Origin: Chiloscyllium plagiosum
Taxonomy: Eukaryota
Assembly: GCF_004010195.1 (NCBI RefSeq)
Contig: NC_057719.1
Coordinates: 29,632,419 to 29,696,418, forward strand
Direction: 5' to 3'
DNA length: 64,000 bases
Each line of letters starts with the position of its first letter. Position 1 is the first letter of the stretch. The notes beneath the pieces were generated by a model. The model was not told the DNA's origin and did not search any database. It worked only from the letters and a program-made list of their open reading frames with translations. The position numbers and the translations under genes were made by a program. Of this stretch, positions 51,139 to 62,903 are shown one piece after another.

Positions 51139-52774
51139 TCTTTTTTCTAAGATCCATGTATTGATCAAGTGTTTATTTTAATTTTAAGATTTTTAACCAG
51201 GTATATCTACTACTATATTTTGTCATTATCTTGAATTCACTTGTTTCAACGATATCTCCACATATTTATAGTGGAAACTGAACTCTGAGGAGGCATGCAC
51301 TCTGTGTAGAAGTTAAGACTTTAGAAAAGGGCTCCAGAAAGATAAAATAAGTATAGCTGAAAATTAAATATTAAAATTGTTATTTATCTATTGGCTTATT
51401 TGAAGTCTATATGAAGTTATAGCTTCCAATAAATCCAATGAATTTAAAAGGGGTGAATGGCCTATAATGTTATTTTTCCACCCATGAGGGAAGAATAAAG
51501 TTTACAGCAGATATCTCACATTAACTGTAAAGTCTCCTACCTTCCTGCAGGGACAGATTCTCAGTTCTAAAACAACATAACATGGTTACTTCTTGTACAA
51601 GATAAACAATTTTACATCATAGATGGGGTAGACCAGAACACATCATGGTATGGTAAGCATGAATAATAGGTGTCGGGCAAAAGGCTGAACACTAAACATC
51701 AAAACTTGAATTTTCCTTTCGAGGTTGGAAAGCAAAAGCTGAAACTGTGTTCAGGTCATCTTCCATTGAAGATGGCGTGCAGGCTCTCTTGGTTGGAGGG
51801 CTAATTGGAAACCTTGCTGTTTGAGACAAGGAGCAGGGTGTTATGGAAGGTAACAGAAATGGTGCTTCTTTCCAACTACTTAAAGTGTTTAATTTAAAAA
51901 TGACATTCTCATTAGCCACCGCCATGCTGCAATAGAGATTTCCTCGAAAGGACAAGTTGGCTCCAGCAGCCAAGAAGGAATGCCTCCAGAAGAAAACTTT
52001 TCACAGCAGCCTTAGGAAATACATTTCAACACCAAAATATGTAAGGGGATGCTAGGTTAGATTATCAAAAGCATAACCAAAGAGGCAGGTTTTAAAAAGT
52101 CTTTTTTTTTTTACTATTCACTCATGGGACATGGACATCACTGGTTGGGCCAGTATTTATTGCCAAATCCTATTTGCCTTTGAATAAATCGTGACGAGTA
52201 TCCTTCTTGAACTGGTAGACCCATAATGCCATGAGGGAGAGAATTCAATGACATTGACCCAATGCCAGTAAAGGAATGGTGATATGAGAACAAATTGCAG
52301 GTGGCGATGTTCCCATGTATATGCTACCCATATCCTTGTAAATGGAAGTAGTTATGAGTTTGGAAGGTGCGGTCTATGGACCTTTGATGAATTTCTGCAG
52401 AGATACAGACTGCCGTCTAAGCATCGGTGACAGAGTGACTGAATGTGGAGGAAATAGCAAAACACCGGTAGTGAGATGGGCAGGGAGGGCATTCAAGAAA
52501 TTAGTATTGCCTGGAGTGATGTTTCACCTCCCCTAACCCAGCTGTTATTTTCTTACCTCCAGAAACCTAAACTGGTCTCCATCAATGTAGAATACTAGAG
52601 AATAAATGGAAAATAGTGTCTGCTATAACTGGACTATATTAGGCCCCTAAAAAGCCAAATTGTAAACCTGTCACATATAAGTAGGCAACCCTGCCAACAT
52701 CTATCCTGACTTGGCAAAAATAGCCTGGCTAAGTGCTGTTAATCTTTGGCTTTCATTACAGTAATCGTATTATT

Positions 52775-53100
52775 TCCACAGTAATGAAGCAGGCCATTTC
52801 GCCTATCAAGTCCACACTGATCCTCTGAAGAGCATTCCACCCATTTCCAATGGCTAATCCAACTAGTCTGCACATCCCTGGAAATTTAGCCTGGCCAATC
52901 CACCTAATCTGCACATCCCTGGAAATTTAGCCTGACCAATCCACCTAACCTGCACATCTTTGGACTGTGGAGGAAACTGCAGCACCTGGAGGAAAACCAT
53001 GCACATGTGGTAAGAACATGAAATCTCTACACAGATAGTTGCCCCAGGCTGGATTCAAGCCCAGGTCCCTGGTGTTGTGAGGGAGCAGTACTAACCACGG
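52775..53100 (-). mobile_element. V-SINE with internal 41-bp tandem repeat
   Basis: V-core on minus strand; aatcc..ctgcacatc repeated at 52856, 52897 and 52938. Confidence 0.75.
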
Positions 53101-53181
53101 AGCCTGCTTTGGGCCAAACCTCCAGCTCATGGCTTCAACTGCCAAAATAACACCATTTAAAAAGTGGCCCTACGACATATT

Positions 53182-56168
53182 TGTAATGATTGGAATGAGG
53201 TCAGCCATGAATATGAGTTCCCTGATTGGGACTATTAACTTGGTCCAATCAGGGAATCCTGGCTGACAGATATAAACACAATTGTTTCCCCTTCACTGTT
53301 TTGATCACACAGCACTGCCCTTTGATGTGAAGGGCAGTGTTTGTCACTGGCCACCCGGGTGTTTTCCTATCTTCCTGGTGGTGGAAATTGAATAAAGATT
53401 GTTGCACTTTGTGTCTTTCACTGTGTCTCACACCTGCACACACACACAATGGGTGCTGGGGATAAAATAAGCACTACCGCACTAGGTGGTAGTGTGGGGG
53501 TTAAAAAAGAAAGGGGAAAAGAAAAAAAGAAAAAAAGAAAAAAAAAGAAGAAAAAAAGAAATAAGAATAAAGAGGGGAATTTCATTGCATTCTGCAAAGT
53601 AACTTTGCAAAAAAAAAAAAAAATAAAGGATAAAATAAGCACTACCGCACTTAGGTGGTAGTGTGGGGGTTAAAAAAGAAAGGGGAAAAGAAAAAAAGAA
53701 AAAAAGAAAAAAAAGAAATAAGAATAAAGAGGGGAATTTCATTGCATTCTGCAAAGTAATTTTGCAAAAAAAAAGAAAAAAAAAATAAACACAATTGTTT
53801 CCCCTTCACTGTTTTGATCACACAGCACTGTCCTTTGATATGAAGGGCAGTGTTTGTCACTGGCCACCCGGGTGTTTTCCTGTCTTCCTGGTGGTGGAAA
53901 TTGAATAAAGATTTGTGCACTTTGTGTCTTTCACTGTGTCTCACACCTGCACACACACACACCATGGGTGCTGGGGATAAAATAAGCACTACCGCACTTA
54001 GGTGGTAGTGTGGGGGTTAAAATAAAAAAAAGAAAAAAAAAAAGAAAAAAAAAATAAACAACAGTGTTTCCCTACCCTCCCCTTCACTGTTCTGATCACT
54101 CAGCACTGCCCTTTGAAAAAAAAATAAACACAATTGTGTGTCTCACACCTGCGCACACACCATGGGTGCTGGGGATAAAATAAGCACTACCGCACTTAGG
54201 TAGTAGTGTAAGAAAAAAATAAATAAAAAGGGGAGTGTCCAATTCTATTTTGAAAAAAAAGAGAAATAAACACAATTGTTTCAGGGAGAGGTGGACCCCG
54301 CAGGGAGTGGAGTGCATTATTTCTCCCTCCAACTCTATTTTGATTTAGTCCCTGCCCTCCACCTCACTGTTTTGATCATACGGCATTGCCCTTTGATGTG
54401 AAGGGCACTGCTTGTCACTGGCCACTCGGGTGTTTTCCTATCTTCCTTGTGATGGAAATTGAATAAAGATTCGTGCACCTTGTGTCTCTCACTGTGTCTC
54501 ACACGTAAATACACATACCATGGGTGCTAGGGAAAAAATAAGCACCACCGCACTTAGGTGGTAGTGCGGGGGTTAGATTTTTAAAAAATTTTTAAAAAAT
54601 AAACAGGGAATTATAAAAAAAAAAGAAAAAATATAACCAGAGGATTTGATGTGAAGGGCAGTGCTTGTCACTGGCCACTCGGGTGAGAAAAAAAATTTAA
54701 AAAAACACAATTGTCACACAGCACTGTCCTTTGATGTGAAGGGCAGTGCTTGTCACTGGCCACTCGGGTGTGTTCCTATCTTCCTGGTGGTGGAAATTGA
54801 ATAAAGATTTGTGCACTTTGTGTCTTTCACTGTGTCTCACATCTACACACACACCATGGGTGCTGGGGAAATGTAAGCACTACCGCAGTTAAGCGGTAGT
54901 GTGGGGGTTTAATAAAACAAAAAAAAGAGATAAACAGGAGATTTGGGTGCTGGGAAAAAAATAAGCACTACTGCAACTAGGCGGTAGCAAAAAAGAAAAA
55001 AAAAGTGTTGAACATCCTGTTCACTCTGAGGGAGCTAAAAAAAATAAACACAATTGTGCCAAACTGGCCATAAATAGGTCCAGACAGCGGGCCGTGGAGG
55101 GGGTCGTTAGGGCCGACTGCCTGCCCCTCTTCGGCAGTTACATTAGAGCCCGGGTGTCCTTAGAGAAGGAGCACGCGGTGTCCACCAACACCCTGAAGTT
55201 GTTCAGGGAGAGGTGGGCGCCGCAGGGAGTGGAGTGCATTATTTCCCCCTCCAACTCTATTTTGATTTAGTCCCTACCCTCCCCTTCACTGTTTTGATCA
55301 CACAGCACTGCCCTTTTGATGTGAAAGGCAGTGCTTGTCACTGGCCACTTGGGTGTTTTCCTTTCTACCTGGTGGTGGAAATTGAATAAAGATTCGTGCA
55401 CCTTGTGTCTCTCACTGTGTCTCACACCTGCACACACACACCATGGGTGCTGGGGAAAACAAAAAGCACTACCACAGTTAGGCGGTTGTGTGGGGGTTAG
55501 AAAAAAAAGAAAAAAAAGAATAGCAATCTAAAAAAAAAGAAATAGGAGGGTCTCCCCTTCACTGTAAAAAAAAAAGCATGAGTGTCCAATTCTATATAAA
55601 AAAATAAACACAATTGTGCCAAAATGGCCATAAATAGGTCCAGGCAGTGGGCCGTGGGGGGGGTCATTAGGGCCGACTGCCTGCCCCTCTTCCACGGTTA
55701 CGTTAGGGCCCGGGTGTCCTTGGGGAAGGAGCACGCGGTGCCCACCAACACCCTGGAGTTGTTCAGGGAGAGGTGGGCGCCGCAGGGAGTGGAGTGCATT
55801 ATTTCCCCCTCCAACTCTATTTTGATTTAGTCCCTGCCCTCCCCTTCACTGTTTGATCACACAGCATTGCCTTTTGTGAAGGGCAGTGCTTGTCACTGGC
55901 CACTCGGGTGTTTTCCTATCCTCCTCGTGGTGGAAATTGAATAAAGATTCGTGCACCTTGTGTCTCTCACTGTGTCTCACATCTGCACACACACAAAAAA
56001 GAAAAGAAAAAAACAGGAGTGTTAGAAAAAACAAACAAAAAGGAGTGTCAATCATCATGTTTACTCTGAGAGCTGGCTCTGAGGGAGCCAGACCAGTGTC
56101 AAAGACACTCCACGTGTAAATAAAAGGTGACTTGGTGGTGGGATACTGGCCTCTGTGGAGTTATTTCA
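53182..56168 (+). mobile_element. Gypsy LTR split at its TATA region by a Tx1-derived array
   Basis: TGTAAT start, ttccctgattgg..ccaatcagggaa hairpin, gatataaaca. Resumes aggagtgtc near 56041 and ends gttatttCA, like the LTR end at 57195. Confidence 0.75.
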
Positions 56169-57065
56169 GTTCCTTTATTAAATGCATCTCTAATTCCCTT
56201 TATATTCCCATTCCAAATCCCAACATCACCCTCTAGTTTAAGGGTCTATATTAACACCAATTAATATTTTTTGTCCCTGGGATTTTCTCAGCTTTGCCTA
56301 TACAGATTCTATATCATTGGAGCTAATATCCTTCCTGTCTGTTGTGTTAATTTCTTCTTTAACTAACAATGCAACTCCTGTGCTATTTCCTTTATGTCAG
56401 TCCTTCCAAAATACGGAATACCCCAGGATATTCAGTTCCCATCTCTGGTCAGCTGGCAGCCATGTCTCTATAATTCCAATTACATCCTGCCTATCTACAT
56501 CTATTTGTATAATTCATTCATTCACACTACTGCAAATGCATAAAACCTGAAGGTGTGTCTTTGTAACAGAAAAATAAACACAATTGTGCCAAACTGGCCA
56601 TAAATAGGTCCAGGCAGCAGGCCGTGGAGGGGGTCGTTAGTGCTGACTGCCTGCCTCTTCCGCGGTTACGTTAGGGCCCAGGTGTCTCTGGAGAAGGAGC
56701 ATGCAGTGTCCACCAACACCCTGGAGTTGTTCAGGGAGAGGTGGGCGCTGCAGGGAGTGGAGTGCATTATTTCCCCCCTCCAACTCTATTTTGATTTAAT
56801 CCCTGCCCTCCCCTTCACTGTTTGATCACACAGCATTGCCCTTTGATGTGAATGGCACTGCCTGTTACTGGCCACTCGGGTGTTTTCTTTCTTCCTGGTG
56901 GTGGAAATTTGAATAAAGATTCGTGCATCGTGTCTCTCACCTGCACACACACATGGGTGCTGGGGAAAAAATAAGCACTACTGCAGTTAGGCGGTAGTGT
57001 GGGGGTAAAAACAAAGAAAAAAAAAACAGGAGTGTGAAAAAAACAAAAGAAAAAATAAAAAATAA
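53279..57065 (+). mobile_element. Array of short Tx1-clade non-LTR retroposon 3' derivatives
   Basis: AKLAINRSRQ.AV.G...DCL.LFRGYVRARVSLEKEHAVSTNTLE.FRERWAPQGVECIISPSNSILI* resembles a Tx1 ORF2 C-terminus; AATAAA, 3' hairpin and A-rich tails are repeated. Confidence 0.8.
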
Positions 57066-59940
57066 ACACAAGTGTCAGGGATTCGCTTCACTCTAGAAGC
57101 CAACTCTGAGCTAGCTCAATCCATGTCATGTACTTTGCACATGTAAACAAAGAGTGACTTAGTGACAGGGCATTGGCCTTTGTGGAGTTATTTCAGTGGC
57201 AACAAGAGAACAAAAATGCCCCTGAAGAAATTTGCTCAAAACTGTCGTCTTTAATATTTCTACTACCATGCCACTATTTGGGAAGCTTGACTCATTTGAT
57301 CTTATTATTGAAGATTTGGCCCAGTATGTGGAAAGAATGCACTATTTTTTCTGTACAAATAATAGCGGGACATGCGAAGGGTAACAAGTAATTCCCCTGA
57401 CAGTTTGTGGACCTGCAGCTTTTTCAGTTGTTAGGAGCCTAATGCTTTCTGAGGCACCAGACTGAAACTTTTCAAGAGTTGATGAATTTAGCAATAGACT
57501 CCAAGCATAGTATCTAAATTCTGAGATGCTATTGGTTTTACTCAGTGGCTTGAGAAACAGGGAAATCTGTATCAGCATTTCTGTTGAGGTAAAGATGACT
57601 GCAGATGCATGTGATTTTGGTTTAATCCAAATGAGATGCTGAGAGGCCATTTGGTATATAGGATTAATGAGGTCAAAAGGAGCTGAAGCGCAACTGGACT
57701 TCAAACAGGCACCAGCACTGGCTTTGTCACTAGAAAATGCAGCAAGTGGAGCTTATGAGTTACAGGGTATTCCGATAAAAGTGAACACCCTCGCCAGGCT
57801 GACTGAGCTTAGGGAACAGCACTTGAGTGTAGTCAATTGTAGAGCCTCGCTCACGACATATCCTGAGCAGAGTAGGTCAGTCCACAGCAATACCCCAAAG
57901 CAAAACCAAGCCCTGGCCAAACGGTTAAAAGTTTCTCAAGGATCCAGGCTGGCAGGCCATTGTAGTTGCTGCTTGTATGCGGGCTTGAGACAGCAAAACA
58001 GTCCCAATAGGCCTGAATTGAGTAATAGAATTCATAGGCCAGTATCCAGAGCAGTGCACATCCTGGAAAGCCCATCTGCAGCTGGTTTGGAACAGCTAAA
58101 TGACTTGGCAACATCCAAATCAGTGCCAATAAAAATAAATGTCTAGTTAAATTGTCATCCAGTTTTAATGGAGTTTGATACCGACACAGCTGTATCAGTG
58201 ATTGAGCAAACAGTTTTCCCCAAAATATGATCTGGCTTCCAAACCTTAAGTTTGCATAGGACCTCAGCTAGTTTGAGAACCTATACCAGGGAGCCTTTAC
58301 TGATTAAGGGTCCAACTTCGGGTTCCAATCTCTTATATAAAAACACAGTTAGTTGTTACCACTGATTGTAATAAAAGGATCAGGTCCCAAGCTTGATGGG
58401 GTGGAATTGGTGGAGAAAGATTCAATTTTATTGGCTCAACATTTCTCAATTAGAAAATATCTGCCCGAGTGAAGTCCTAATTAAATACCTGGAAGTTTTT
58501 CAGGAAGGTCTATGGACTATCAAAGGAGCCAAGGTCATCTTATATATTGACCAGGATGCAATTTCACAGTTCTGCAAGGCCCGCCCAGTGTCATTTGCCT
58601 CATGGGCAAAACTAAATGTACATATCAGGTGGCTGGAAAACAAACAAAGTTTGTGGCATGAGTAGCACCAGTTGTACTGATAGTGAACCCTGACAGGTTG
58701 GTCCACCTTTGTGGGGATTTCAATCAAATGGTAAACCGCTTTTTGCAGCTAGATAAACACCCAATACCTTACATAGAAGACTTATACAAAATTGGTGAAG
58801 CTGGGCATGAGCCAAGTATGCTTGCAATGAAGGGTAGATGAGGATTACCAGAAGTATACTGCAATGAATACCCACAGAGGTTTGTACCAATGAATGAAAC
58901 TGCCATTTGGGTATCATCAGTCTGTGCCATTTTTCAGCGGATGATGGAGAACATGTACAAGATCTACCCCAGGTTGCCATTCATCTAGATAACCTGCTAA
59001 TAGCAGGGAAGACCAAATGTAGCACTTACAGAACTTGGCTATAGTGCTTGAAAGGTTTCTTCAAACCAGGCATATGCCTTAGGAGGGAAAAATGTATGTT
59101 CCTGGCACCCCAAGTGACCTGCTTGGGTTACAGAATCCACAAGACTGAGTTACACCCACTGGAAGATAAAATAAGGGTAATCAAAGGAGCGCTGTCTCTC
59201 TCATGTTTTTGTATCAGAGCTTAGGTCTTTCCTTGGGTTGATGAATTACTACAGAAAATACATAGGTAACCTAGCCACTGTCCTGGTACTTTTACAGCTG
59301 CTATTGAAAAACAGTCAGTCCTAGAGATGATCTTGTAGCCAAGACGTAACCCAGACAAGGCCCTATAGGCAGGGGTGGTGAAGTATCGGCCTAGTGGCAA
59401 AGATGGCTCCTAAGGATCACCAACTTCAATATTCATTGGGTCTAGTGGAAACAGCTGCATATGGTGTGGAAGGATGACACAGGCACCAATGATGGTGATG
59501 AGCTGGCTCAAGACTGTTGGACCTCTTCAAGCTATACCTTTTTTCACTTATTAATAAATTATTCAAACTGGCGCTATATTGTGGCACCAAATGAAAGCTT
59601 TTCTCTATATTTTATTGTATTATTACAGTAAAACATACATGACAATAAGATCAAACTTAAAACATTTATGGATATAAATTTATAAAAGTAATGGACCACA
59701 AGCCCCTGTTCAGGCTACTTAAAAAAGACAAGGTGGTGCCACCCATAGCTTCAGGTTGAATTCAGTTTGCACTCTTATTCTGTGCATATAATTACAAGTT
59801 GGAATACAATCCAAGTGGCAAATGTGGATGCCTCAAACTGCCTCCAAATGGCAGATACACTACCAGTACTGCTGCCACAAGAACAATTTTCTGAAAAATT
59901 TTCTAAACACTCTTCTGGTCACCACTGACAATATCAGAGC
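57066..59940 (+). mobile_element. Decayed Gypsy LTR retrotransposon (LTR 3' half, PBS-like TGG, gag-pol)
   Basis: MPLFGKLDSFD gag start at 57268; protease MEFDTDTAVSVI; RT CGDF, NTHRGLYQ and LPFG; RNase H DHKPL. Many stops; no 3' LTR seen. Confidence 0.85.
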
Positions 59941-60519
59941 TTGTTGTTGGCAACTTTTTAAAAATTTAAATTTGTGAAATCTGAACATCACTGAATGCAC
60001 ATCTATAATTGCCTAGAAGACAGTTGAGAGTCAACCACATTGTTGTGGGTCTGGAGTCACATGTAGGCCAGATCAGGGGAGGATGGCAGATGTCCTTCCC
60101 TTAAGGACATTAGTGAATGGGTTTTTTACGACAATCAACAATGATTACATGGCCTTTACTCCAGATTTTACTGAAACCAAATTCAGAGAATGCATTAGAT
60201 AGCAAATATGAGGTAATGGAAGGATCTAAAAATAAGGATGAGAATTTTAAAACTGAGCATTGCTTAACTGGAACACAGTGTAGGTCATCAAGCAGAAAGG
60301 GGGTGAATACAATGCTAAGTTAGTACACTGTTGCAATGCAAGGTTAAAAAGATTACTGCACTTTTGGGAATGTATCTTTAAATTACAATTAAAAGGTGGT
60401 CATGTGACCTGTTCTTCAGTCTGCCTAACAGCAGGCCTGAGGTATCTGGCTGATAAAATTAAAGAGAAGCTTGGGTTGTTTTGTCAGGAAAAAGGCTTAT
60501 GGTATTATACTTAGAGACA

Positions 60520-61110
60520 ATGGCTACAGTTTTGAGAAGATTTGTAGCTCAGGTTGAGGTTCTGAATGTAGGTTTGATCACTGAGCTGGAAGGCTCATTT
60601 CTAGATGTTTTGTTACCGTACTGGGTAACATCTTCAGTGGGCCTCAGGTGAAGCACTGCTGATAGTTCCTGCTTTCTGTTTATATGTTTGGGTTGGTGAT
60701 GTAATTTCCTGTGGTGAAGTGACTTCCTGTTCTTTTTCTCAGGGGGTGGTAGATGGGGTCTAACTCGACGTGTTTGTTGAGAGAATTCTGGTTGGAATGC
60801 TATGCCTCTAGGAATTCTCGTGCGTGTCTTTGTTTGGCTTGTCCTAGGATGGATGTGTTGTCCCTCCTTATCTGTATGTATGTAAGGATACTAGTGAGAG
60901 GGGGTTATTTCTTTTTGTGGCTAGTTGGTGTTCATGTATCTTTGTGCCGGTTTTCTGCCTATTTGTTCAATGTAGTGTTTGTTACAGTCCTTGCGCAGTA
61001 TTTTGTAAATGACATTAATTTTGCTTGTTGTCTGTATAGGGTCTTTCAAGTTCATTAGCTGCTGTTTTAGTGTGTTGGTGGGTGTGTGGGCTACCATGAT
61101 GCCAAGGAGT
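60520..61110 (-). mobile_element. PLE family C 3' end (GIY-YIG and pLTR, degenerate hammerhead at 60601-60640)
   Basis: ILGQAKQRHAREFLEA.HS..NS.NKH.ELDPIY.PL; CUGAAGA-u-GUUACC..GGUAAC-aAAAC. Confidence 0.8.
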
Positions 61111-61503
61111 CTGAGTGTACCTAAGATAGAGATAGATAAGTTCTTGATTAGTAATTGGAATGAAGGTTATAGGGAAAAACAGGAGAATGGAGTTGAGAAA
61201 CAGATCAGGAAAGACTGAATGGCAGAGCAGACTCAATGGGCCAAATGACCTAATTCTGGTCCTATTTCTAATGGTCTTGTGATCAAAAGTCTTACCATGT
61301 CACTCTATCATTTTTCAACTAGAGGTTCAAATCTTTTTTAAAAACTTTCTAGGCTCTACAATATAGATGGCAGAGGTGTGTTTGATCTGAAGTTTACCAA
61401 AGGTTAGTCAGGGAGGCCAGTCAAGTGTGTCAAGATTAGAGTTAACAAAGGTAACAAATAAGAACTGGATGTAGGTTTTCTAGTTGAGCTGTAAGGTTCG
61501 TTT

Positions 61504-61543
61504 TCAGACGTTTCATCACCATACTAAGAAACATCATCAGTGA
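61504..61543 (-). ncRNA. Minimal hammerhead motif (PLE family C), decayed stem II
   Basis: UCA-CUGAUGA-...-GAAAC-GUC-UGA. Confidence 0.55.
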
Positions 61544-62030
61544 GCGTCCGGATGAATAAAGAACTTCAACAGCAGATGATCTGAAGCAGAAACAGAATTA
61601 AGTGATGCCAAGAGGTGAAAGTAGACATTCATAGTGATAATACAGATAAATGGTTAAAAGGAGTAAGGTAACATAGTGGATACATGGAGTAGCAGGTTAA
61701 AGGCTTGGATTAATGATCCAGAGACACATACCATACTATGGCAACTTAGGAATTTAAATTCATTTAATTAAATACATTCTAGAACAAAGAAATACAATCT
61801 GCAGTAATGGTAGCCATTAAAGTACTAAATTGTCTAGTTCACTGATGTACTTTAATGGAGGAAATCTGCTGTACTTATCCAGTCTGGCCAAATAGGACTC
61901 TGAACCCACAGCAATATGGATACATTTTAACTGCCCTCTCAAGTACTGAAAAAGCCACCCAGTACTTTCAAAAAGGTGGCTCACCACCATGTTCTCAAGG
62001 CCAATTTGGTATAGTCAATAAATACTGGTC

Positions 62031-62430
62031 TTCCCAGCAATGTCAACATCTCCTGAATGAATAATAAAATAATGTCTCCAGGTCAAATAGTTCAGCCCGA
62101 GCAGTGAAGAGTAAATCAAGTTAGGATTGCTGAAGTGATTGTGTGTAACAAGTGTCGGAACAAACTATGGGCATAGTTGAACACCATAGGGAAAAGTATG
62201 GACTGCAGATGGAATCAAAAGTGTGGTGCTTTCCCAGCAATGTCAACATCTCCTGAATGAATAATAAAATAATGTCTCCAGGTCAAATAGTTCAGCCCGA
62301 GCAGTGAAGAGTAAATCAAGTTAGGATTGCTGAAGTGAATGTGTGTAACAAGTGTCGAAACAAACTATGGGCATAGTTGAACACCATAGGGGAAAGTAAG
62401 GACTGCAGATGGAATCAAGAGTGTGGTGCT
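62031..62430. repeat. 200-bp tandem duplication
   Basis: 62031-62230 versus 62231-62430, 5 mismatches counted. Confidence 0.95.
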
Positions 62431-62705
62431 GGAAAAGCACAGGAGGTCAGACAGCATCTGAGGAGCAGGAGAGTCAACATTTCAGGCAAAAGCACTTTAT
62501 CAAGAATCTGATACATAATGGCAATATGAATACTAAAGTGGCTAAGAGACAGAAAGCAGATTATTTTGTACAGGTTTTCCTGAGTTGTTGGTATTAGATC
62601 ACTTCTCTTTCTGATGTAAATAAATAACCTGGATTTGGGTACACAAGACATAATTTCAAAGTTTTCAGCTGACTTAAAACTCTGAAATCTACTAACAATG
62701 GGAAT

Positions 62706-62903
62706 AAAGTTAAAAATCACATAAAACACCAGGTTATAGTCCAACAGGTTTAATTGAAAGCACACTAGCATTCAGAGTGCTGCACCTGCTCCGGCTCCGA
62801 AAGCTAGTGTGCTTCCAATTAAACCTGTTGGACAATTACCTGGTGTTGTGTAATTTTTAACTTTGCACACCCCAGTCCAACACCAGCATCTCCAAATCAT
62901 GAC
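62706..62903. mobile_element. Palindromic PLE family A pLTR insertion
   Basis: Inverted arms; 12-bp TSD aacaatgggaat at 62694 and 62904. Confidence 0.82.

Noticed and set aside
51541..51566. 26-nt microexon candidate (ttttag|...GAAG|gtagga, minus strand)
   Set aside because: Length is not a multiple of 3 and there is no similarity to LRRC9.
53418..53989. Lys-rich and Phe-rich ORFs
   Set aside because: Translations of A-rich retroposon tails.
59370..59708. hAT-like element with cagggg...cccctg termini
   Set aside because: The right terminus is the Gypsy RNase H DHKPL coding sequence and there is no 8-bp TSD; only an unexplained ~300-bp insert remains.
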